A stretch of DNA of 32,000 nt from assembly GCF_030504625.1 (NCBI RefSeq), contig NZ_JAUKWH010000005.1:38602-70601 (forward strand), read 5' to 3'. The translations under genes and the position numbers were made by a program. Below are positions 9,258 to 16,347 of this stretch, one piece after another; positions within the stretch are counted from its first letter, which is position 1; each line of letters begins with the position of its first letter. Under the pieces are notes generated by a model that saw nothing but the letters and a program-made list of their open reading frames with translations, did no database searches and was not told the DNA's origin. Source of the DNA: Neisseria sp. MVDL19-042950. Lineage in GTDB: Bacteria; Pseudomonadota; Gammaproteobacteria; Burkholderiales; Neisseriaceae.

Positions 9258-11426
9258 ATGATCTATCACCACATCGCCCTCAATATTCCCATTTCAGACG
9301 GCCTCTTAACCTACGGCCACCCGACCGCCTTGCCCAAAGGCTGTCGGGTGGTGGTGCCGTTTCGCGGCAAACCCGTTGCCGGTGTGGTGTGGGCGGGCGG
9401 CGTAACGCCGGAGATTGACGCGGCGAAAATCCTGCCGGTTCAGACGGCCTTTACCGACGAACCGCTGTTTCCCGAAAGCTGGTGCAAGCTGCTGGAGTTC
9501 ACTTCGCGCTATTACCATTATCCGCTCGGGCAGGCCGTGTTTACCGCGCTGCCTTTGGGCTTGAAAGAGACCAAGCCCGTCGAAACACCGCAGCCGTCGC
9601 AGTTTTATGCTTTGAACGAAACAGGTAAAGCGCAAACCCCGCCGCCGGAGCGTTTCCACAAAAAACACGCCTTATGGCAGGCTTTGTTTTCAGACGGCCT
9701 CAGCATGGCGGCCTTGAAACACATCCACAACCAAGCACCGAAGCTGCTGCAAGAGTGGATGGAAAACGGCTGGATACGCACCACCCAAGCCGCCGCGCCC
9801 GTGTCGAGGCCGTCTGAACACCGATTAAACGCCGAGCAGCAAGCCGCCGCGCAAGCCGTTCAGACGGCCTCCGATACCTTCAAACCCTTCCTGCTCTACG
9901 GCATCACCGGCAGCGGCAAAACCGAAGTCTATTTCGACGTGATGGCCAAAGTGCTGGCGGCGGGCAGGCAAGTGCTGTTTCTGCTGCCCGAAATCAACCT
10001 CACACCGCAACTGCTCAAGCGCGTGGAAGCCCGTTTTGCCGACGTGCCGACCGCCGTGCTGCACAGCCAAACCGCGTCCGGCAAACGCACCCAAGACTAC
10101 CTGCGCGCCATGCTCGGGCAGGCCAAACTGATTATCGGCACGCGGCTGGCCGTGTTCACCCCGCTGCCCGATTTGGGCTTGGTGGTGGTGGACGAAGAGC
10201 ACGATACCTCGTTCAAACAAGACAACGAACTGCGCTACCAAGCCCGCGATTTGGCCGTTTGGCGCGCACGGCAAAGCAGTTGCCCCATCGTGCTCGGCAG
10301 CGCCACCCCCAGTTTGGAAAGCTGGCACAAAGCGCAAACCGGCGCGTACCAACTGCTCGAACTGACCGAGCGCGCCCATTCCGCCGCCCAACTGCCGCAA
10401 GTCGATATCTTAGACGTGCGCCGCCTGCCGCTCGACAACGGCTTCTCGCCGCAAGCCCTGAAACTGCTCAAAACCAACCACGAACAAGGCGGCATGTCGC
10501 TGGTGTATCTCAACCGCCGCGGTTTCGCGCCCGCCCTGTTTTGCGGGGACTGCGGCCACACCTTCGGCTGCCCCCGCTGTTCCGCCAAAATGGTGCTGCA
10601 CCAACGCGCCCGCCAACTGCGCTGCCACCATTGTGATTTCAGACGGCCCGTACCCTACAAATGCCCCGAATGCGGCAACCAAGACCTTACCGCCGTCGGC
10701 CACGGCACCCAACGCGTCGAAGAAACCCTGCGCAACTTCATCCCGCAAGCCAAAGTCGCCCGCGTCGACCGCGACAGCACCGCCCACAAAAACGACTGGG
10801 CCGATTTATACCAACGCATCGCCGCCAACGACATCGACATCCTCGTCGGCACCCAAATGCTCGCCAAAGGCCACGACTTCGCACGGCTGAACCTCGTGAT
10901 CGTATTAAACGCCGACGGCAGCCTGTACAGCGCCGACTTCCGCGCCCCCGAAAGACTGTTTGCCGAACTGATGCAGGTTTCCGGCCGGGCAGGGCGCGCC
11001 GAAGCAGCCGGCAAAGTGCTTATCCAAACCCAACTGCCAGAACACCCCGTATTCGCTGCCGTAAAAGCGCAAAACTACCGCATCTTCGCCGAAAACGAGC
11101 TGAACGAACGGCAAACATTCAATATGCCGCCCTTCGGTTTTCAGACGGCCATCCGCGCCGATGCCGTCAAAATCGACGAAGCCGTGCAGTTTCTTAACGA
11201 CATCCAAGCCGTTACCCAACCGCTGCTGCCCGAAACCGTATCCGCCTTCGGCCCCGTACCCATGCTGATGGCGCGGCTGGCCGAACGCGAACGCGCCCAA
11301 GTGTTTTTAGAATCCGCCTCCCGCAAAGACCTGCACCACGCCGTGAGCCTGTGGGTGCAAGTGTTGCAGCAGTACCGCGACGGCAAAGTAAGATGGTCGG
11401 TGGATATCGACCCGCAAGAGATGTGA
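9258..11426 (+). CDS. priA: Primosomal replication-restart helicase PriA (protein N')
   Basis: 722 aa with Walker A GITGSGKTEVY and DEEHD. It has the Cys-rich zinc module CGDCGHTFGCPRCSAKMVLHQRARQLRCHHCDFRRPVPYKCPECGN, and GTQMLAKGHDF. Confidence 0.95.
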   Translation: MIYHHIALNIPISDGLLTYGHPTALPKGCRVVVPFRGKPVAGVVWAGGVTPEIDAAKILPVQTAFTDEPLFPESWCKLLEFTSRYYHYPLGQAVFTALPLGLKETKPVETPQPSQFYALNETGKAQTPPPERFHKKHALWQALFSDGLSMAALKHIHNQAPKLLQEWMENGWIRTTQAAAPVSRPSEHRLNAEQQAAAQAVQTASDTFKPFLLYGITGSGKTEVYFDVMAKVLAAGRQVLFLLPEINLTPQLLKRVEARFADVPTAVLHSQTASGKRTQDYLRAMLGQAKLIIGTRLAVFTPLPDLGLVVVDEEHDTSFKQDNELRYQARDLAVWRARQSSCPIVLGSATPSLESWHKAQTGAYQLLELTERAHSAAQLPQVDILDVRRLPLDNGFSPQALKLLKTNHEQGGMSLVYLNRRGFAPALFCGDCGHTFGCPRCSAKMVLHQRARQLRCHHCDFRRPVPYKCPECGNQDLTAVGHGTQRVEETLRNFIPQAKVARVDRDSTAHKNDWADLYQRIAANDIDILVGTQMLAKGHDFARLNLVIVLNADGSLYSADFRAPERLFAELMQVSGRAGRAEAAGKVLIQTQLPEHPVFAAVKAQNYRIFAENELNERQTFNMPPFGFQTAIRADAVKIDEAVQFLNDIQAVTQPLLPETVSAFGPVPMLMARLAERERAQVFLESASRKDLHHAVSLWVQVLQQYRDGKVRWSVDIDPQEM

Positions 11427-11462
11427 AGAGGCCGTCTGAAAACTGTTTTTCAGACGGCCTCT
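11427..11462. terminator. Inverted DUS pair hairpin shared by convergent priA (+) and the repeat-protein gene (-)
   Basis: AGAGGCCGTCTGAAAA-ctgt-TTTTCAGACGGCCTCT forms a perfect 16-bp stem. It starts 1 nt after the priA stop and ends 15 nt before the stop of the convergent gene. Confidence 0.7.
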
Positions 11463-11476
11463 AAGGTTATGAATGG

Positions 11477-13070
11477 TTAGCTTTTAGAAGAAGATTCGGG
11501 AAAAGCCTCTTTAAACCATGCTTGGAATTCGGGGGTGTGGCGGATGTTGTCCAAACCGTCGTCTTGTTCAATATGTTCTTTGTTGGGGAAATGATTTGAA
11601 TGTTGTGCAAGACGTAATTGTTTGATTGCTTCGACTGTATTTCCTTCCAAGGCACACAGGCAGGCATGGTTATAGGCAAAGTTTTCTTGATGTTGAGGAT
11701 ATTTATTTAAGAATCCATCAATCAAATTGCGGGCTTGTTGCAATTTGATTTGTGCTTCGGCAGGTTGATTGTCTTTTAAAATATGAAGTTCATGTAGTAA
11801 AGCGCTTAACCAGTTATAAGCGGCCTCATGCATGTCGGGCTTGATAGTCAATGCTTGCCGGTATTTTTCTCCTGCGTCACGCCATTTTTCCAAGGCTGTC
11901 GCGGTATCGCCTTGTGTGGCCAAAACCTGCGCTTCGTCAGCTAAGGCCTTTCCCCAGTTATCGGCGACTTCGTGTATGTCAGGCTCAATAGCCAATGCTT
12001 GTTGGAATTTTACTCCTGCGTCAACGCCATTTTTCCAATGCCATTACGGTATCGCCCTGTATAGCCAAAGCCTGTGCTTCTTCAGCTAAAGCACTTCCCC
12101 AGTTATTGGCTGCTGGATAAAAGTCATTTTTAATTTGTAAAGCCAATTCGTATTTTTCTCCTGCGCTTTGCCATTTATCGAATGCTGCTGAAGTTTGATT
12201 TTGTGTGTATAAATTTCGTGCTTCCATATATAAGGCACGTCCCCAATTATAGGCAGCGATATATTTTCTAGGATTAGAGCGTAATGTTTCTTGGTGGTAT
12301 TGTTCGACTTTGGGGAGCCAATAATTCTGTTGTTTGCGATTACCTTTTTCGTATAAATAACAAGCGTGAAATCCTGCGTTGAAGTTGGCTTGTTCATCTC
12401 TACTATCTTGTAGAAGAACAGCTTGCCAAGCATAAAGAGCGTTTTCATTATCTTGATAATTTTGGCTTCTTTTCGCTTGATCTGAAAGCAAAATAGCTTG
12501 GGCGCGTAGTTGTTCGATAAGGGGAATTTCTTCATTTTTAGACAATTGTTTTGCTTTTTCAATGCTGCTTGTTTGTGCTTCCTGATTTTGTTCTTTGGGG
12601 TTCCATTGCTTCATTTCTGCAATGTCTTGAGTATATTTTTCAGCACTGTCGTAATGTTCTTTGATTTTTTCTACATATTCTTTAGCCTGTTCTAGGTCTT
12701 GTTCTAATTGACGTTTATCTTTTTTATAAAGTAAAAGTGGAATGGCAACGCCTATGGCTGCAATAACAATGCCTGCCACGGCAAAGACTATGGTAATAAA
12801 GGTCATCCACCAGTTGAGGTTTTGTTGCTGGTTATCCATAACCTGCATACGCAATGCTGAAATATTGTCTTGCAGCATTTCAGCTTGTGAGGCAATCAGA
12901 TTGTTTATTTTCGGTTGTTTATCCGTTGTGGTTTCCACTGTTTTTGTTATGGAGGAGTTGCTTGCCCCCGTTTGTTTCGGATCGGCTAATGTATCGGCAG
13001 TCGCGGAAAAGGCAAACGGCAAGCTGAGTATCAAAGCTGAAAGGAAGGATTGAAAAAAGCGGTTGTTCAT
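11477..13070 (-). pseudogene. Signal-peptide / TM / coiled-coil / TPR-like repeat protein, split by a 1-bp insertion (ORFs 12021..13070 and 11477..11995)
   Basis: The upstream ORF ends ...NNWGSALAEEAQALAIQGDTVMALEKWR*. The same 48-aa repeat unit continues in the next frame (DAGVKFQQALAIEPDIHEVADNWGKALADEAQVLATQGDTATALEKWRDAGEKY...). At DNA level, cctgcgtcAAcgccatttttcca at 12014-12036 compares with the paralogous repeat cctgcgtcAcgccatttttcca at 11871-11892. Removing one A at 12023/12024 gives one 530-aa ORF. Confidence 0.7.
11825..12257 (-). repeat. Three consecutive diverged 144-bp (48-aa) coding repeats inside the repeat-protein gene
   Basis: The units are AAYNWGRALYMEARNLYTQNQTSAAFDKWQSAGEKYELALQIKNDFYP, AANNWGSALAEEAQALAIQGDTVMALEKWR(D)AGVKFQQALAIEPDIHE and VADNWGKALADEAQVLATQGDTATALEKWRDAGEKYRQALTIKPDMHE. 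The frameshift lies inside the middle unit. Confidence 0.75.
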
Positions 13071-13326
13071 CGGCGTGTCCTAATCGATAGGGTGTTGATT
13101 ATAAAGAGGTAAACCGCAAATGGATACTTCCCGAATATCCGGAAAAAGGTAGTTGTTCGTAACCTTGAGATGCTACTTTAATATTCAACAGGTATTTTTA
13201 CATAAATTTATAAGTTGCTAATTTGGTTGATTATTTTGTTGTGTCATTTTTGACGGATACAACTGTTTTAAGCGGGTTTTGCTTGACTTTTAAGCATTGC
13301 CCGCTTTGTTATTTTGCGTTAGTTTG

Positions 13327-14290
13327 TCAGGGAGCCTGATAACGTTCCGACTGAAAAGTAGTTTTGTTTTTGTAAAGATTAAAGGCGATAACCGCCAGTT
13401 TTCGCATGATCGCCGTGATAATGACTTTTGACAGTTTCTTCTTTTGCTTAAGACGTTTTGTAAATTCGGGAAAGTATCCGCGAGCATAGGCGACCATAGC
13501 AGGCATGAATAATGCGGCACGCAAACGCCTATTCCCGAAGCGGGTTATCCTACTTTTGCCGTTTACACTGATTCCCGACTGCCTTTGATGCGGACTTAAT
13601 CCGGCAAAGGCGACAAATTGACCGGCGTTTTTAAATGTACCGGATAAGAGATGGTTGGTTAGAATGGCGGCGGTTAACTTGCCAATCGAAGGTATGGTTT
13701 GAAGGCCGTCTGAAACGTCTTTCAGTTCAGGATACTGCATGATTTTTTTCCATTTCAGCTCTCACCAAAGAAAGCTGTTTTTGGATATGGACGATGTTTT
13801 CACGATGAATTTGTTTGACAAATTCATCTTTGGCCGCCGAAAGCCTGTTCTTTTCTGCCGTCTGACTTTCAATAAGCTGTTCCTGTAATGCCAAAACACG
13901 CTTTAAGCGGTAATGGGCTTTTGATACGGGTTTCCTCAAGGGCAAATCTTTCGGCAAAGCAGTACTGCAATATTCGGCAATGAGTTTTGCATCTTGCTTA
14001 TCGGTTTTGGTTCGAGCAAAGCGGCTTTTGGCATAGTCGCTTATTTTCAGAGGATTAATGACGGATATTCTGTAATCTTTGCCCATGTAATCGGCAACAT
14101 CTTCAAAGTAGTTTCCGGTTGCTTCCATACAAATATGGATATCGGAACAATTGAAATTATCCAACCAGCCTTTCAGCTTTTCAAAGCCTTTTATGCCATT
14201 CTCGAATTTCGCTGTTTTAACAACACCGTCTATCAGCAATGCTGCATCAAAGGTTTTATGCGATATATCCAATCCCAAAGCGTTTCTCAT
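13327..14290 (-). pseudogene. IS110-family (Piv/pivNM-irg-like, DEDD) recombinase, interrupted by a +1 frameshift in an A7 tract
   Basis: The N-terminal ORF 13727..14290 reads MRNALGLDISHKTFDAAL...ICMEATGNYFEDVADY...TDKQDAKLIAEYC, the DEDD_Tnp_IS110 type. The C-terminal ORF 13327..13740 reads IPSIGKLTAAILTNHL...FAGLSPHQRQSGISVNGKSRITRFGNRRLRAALFMPA, the Transposase_20 type. The two overlap at GGAAAAAAATCATG (T7 on the + strand at 13743-13749). With A6, a single 320-aa ORF reads ...VRAEMEKIMQYPELKDVSDGLQTIPSIGK. Confidence 0.85.
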
Positions 14291-14713
14291 TATTACCCTT
14301 ACTATTCAGATTCATACTGACGTATGTTCTTTGATGCTACCCAATCTTTATAAACAAGAAATCCCCCGCTTCAATCTCAAGTACAAGCTATATCGCTTTG
14401 GCCGTTGTCGAAGTCGAGGGATACGGTTTGAATTACGTCTAATCCAAACCTTTAAGCCGTCTGTTTCCAAACGGCTTAAAACTTTGAATTAGCATTTTAT
14501 TGCTTTGAATTGTTGATTTTGCTTAAAAATTAAGCGATTTTTGGGGTTTTAGCGAGCTCGCGGGAGAACGCCGGAAGCAACAAAATTGCCGAAAAGCAAA
14601 CTGGCGGGAGGTCCCGCACCCCGAGACCATTTTTTTATTGCCGCCCCCTCTAAAAACATGCCGTGCTATCCGAACATACGCGAGGAGGGTTCGACAATAA
14701 AAAAATGGCCAAA

Positions 14714-14881
14714 TCAAAGATTAACAAAATACCAAATAACAACAGACAAAATAAAACCAATGCAAATACCAAGCAAAGGATAACCAAACCACTCTTTTAA
14801 AATATATTTAGTACCTTTTTTCCTATGAACATGAATAATTGCATAAAGAATAAGACCTGCAATAACAATCTCTAAAACCAT
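14714..14881 (-). CDS. Small two-TM hypothetical protein immediately after zot (below ORF-track size cutoff)
   Basis: My own translation gives MVLEIVIAGLILYAIIHVHRKKGTKYILKEWFGYPLLGICIGFILSVVIWYFVNL (55 aa). The ATG lies 8 nt after the zot stop. It has two hydrophobic helices separated by a basic loop. No family recognised. Confidence 0.4.
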   Translation of the reverse strand: MVLEIVIAGLILYAIIHVHRKKGTKYILKEWFGYPLLGICIGFILSVVIWYFVNL

Positions 14882-14888
14882 TCGGCAC

Positions 14889-16046
14889 CTACTGCATATT
14901 CACACGGGCTTCATTGTAGCCGTCATACATTAAATTAGACTTCGACGCACCACCCATCACTAATACTTGCTGCGACTCCACCGCTGGCGATACTACCGTT
15001 TGGGCAGGTGTTTCTACCGTTTGTCTATCCTTATAGGGATTATAAATACCGTTTTCGGCGTAATCAATACACTGGGATTTTTTTATGCCTTTTATCGGTG
15101 TGGCTTGGTCTGTATAACATGTGCATTTACCTTCGGTTTTGACACAGGCAACCGGAAACGGCATGGTCTTAATGCTTTTATTGTGGACGTTGTATATCGG
15201 CGCAGTCCACGGCTGGCCGTCTATAACCGGCTTGTAATCATCTTCGGCCAAATGGGGCTTACTCTCTGGCTTAGACTGAACAGGCACCGGCGGGTATTGC
15301 CCCGCTTGGCTTGCGTCATTTGTGGTAGGAGCCGCCACCAACGCACCCCCGGCGGGGCTTGCCGCTGGAGCGGCAACTTGAGCTTGTGAAGTGGATTCCT
15401 GTTTATCTACATAGCTGTTCCAACTACTGTATACATACCAAGCTGAAACTATAATAGTAAGCAATACAACGGGAACAATATAAACAACGCGGCTTAACTT
15501 GGTATTGATTTTGGTGTGTTCTTCAGCCGACCTATACACGCCGAATGCCTTTTTATCCAAGGTATACACGCTTTTTACGGCACTTTGAACACTGGTCTTA
15601 CTTGTCGGATCACCGCAGCTTTCCCATTCCAACATTCGTCTTACACCGAGATTGGTTTTGCTGATATGGCAGTGATGACCTATCAGGCTTCGGACATTAA
15701 TATCTATCAGTCTTGGATGTTGGGTTAACAAAAATATATCTATACCTTTGTGTCGGTGCGTTTCAAGCTCGGCAACGAAATCGGGCACTTTCGAACCGCT
15801 TGGCCGCGGTCTGAATACGCGCTGGCACTCATCTATAACAAGGATAGCCCCCGTAGGCGCCCATTTATGCCACGTCTGCATGGTTTCGCCTTCGGGCATG
15901 GGCAGGTTGGGAATAATATCGCCTCTTACTTCCGGTATTCCGTCTAAGTAAAGAGGGCGGTTTTTCAAATCTTTCCGATTCATCAAATCGGAAATCATTT
16001 TTAAGGTTTTTCCGCTACCCGGAACACCGGTAATCAAATAGAGCAT
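14889..16046 (-). CDS. Zot-like filamentous phage assembly ATPase (pI family)
   Basis: 385 aa starting MLYLITGVPGSGKTLKMI (Walker A), with VIDECQ (Walker B-like). It has a central TM (VVYIVPVVLLTIIVSAWYVYSSW) and a Pro/Ala-rich periplasmic tail, the typical Zot/pI architecture. Confidence 0.9.
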   Translation of the reverse strand: MLYLITGVPGSGKTLKMISDLMNRKDLKNRPLYLDGIPEVRGDIIPNLPMPEGETMQTWHKWAPTGAILVIDECQRVFRPRPSGSKVPDFVAELETHRHKGIDIFLLTQHPRLIDINVRSLIGHHCHISKTNLGVRRMLEWESCGDPTSKTSVQSAVKSVYTLDKKAFGVYRSAEEHTKINTKLSRVVYIVPVVLLTIIVSAWYVYSSWNSYVDKQESTSQAQVAAPAASPAGGALVAAPTTNDASQAGQYPPVPVQSKPESKPHLAEDDYKPVIDGQPWTAPIYNVHNKSIKTMPFPVACVKTEGKCTCYTDQATPIKGIKKSQCIDYAENGIYNPYKDRQTVETPAQTVVSPAVESQQVLVMGGASKSNLMYDGYNEARVNMQ

Positions 16047-16067
16047 TTGTGTTTTCCTTTTCCGTTA

Positions 16068-16346
16068 TTATTTGCGCTGAATACTGGCCGATAGCTTGGA
16101 CATGGCTTTAAGGGATGCGACAAAAGCAAAGGTGCCGAATATCCAATTGAGCACTACGCCAATTCCTACTATATAGGCTAAATTCAATGCATCGCTTGGG
16201 ATTCCGCCTATCTGTTCCTGCACTTTCGAAATGAAATAGCCTTGCAATTCATTAAGGCCGACATACGACACGAAAGACAACCCCAATGCGGCAATCACAC
16301 GACCGGCGACATTCATCAATACGCCTGTTATCAATGAACCCCACAT
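16068..16346 (-). CDS. Small integral membrane protein, pVI-like minor coat (DUF2523-like position)
   Basis: 92 aa with three hydrophobic segments. It lies between the pIII-like gene and zot, as in other inoviruses. Confidence 0.6.
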   Translation of the reverse strand: MWGSLITGVLMNVAGRVIAALGLSFVSYVGLNELQGYFISKVQEQIGGIPSDALNLAYIVGIGVVLNWIFGTFAFVASLKAMSKLSASIQRK

Positions 16347-16347
16347 A

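Noticed and set aside
12086-12562. 158-aa minus-strand ORF and 12510..12695 / 12742..13053 + ORFs
   Set aside because: They are alternative frames inside the repeat-protein gene. The main frame has signal peptide, TM and periodic repeats. These have none and are artefacts of AT-rich sequence.
13727-13760. Programmed ribosomal frameshifting in the IS110 recombinase
   Set aside because: IS110-family enzymes are not known to be made by programmed frameshifting, unlike IS1/IS3. The required shift is restored simply by A6, so slippage mutation, phase variation or a sequencing error is more parsimonious. It is kept as a finding only in that sense.
14523-14783. Two overlapping 64-65-aa ORFs (14523..14717 -, 14586..14783 +) in the phage non-coding region
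   Set aside because: They have no ribosome-binding context and mutually overlap on opposite strands. The sequence is dominated by palindromes, so it is better explained as structured non-coding DNA/RNA.
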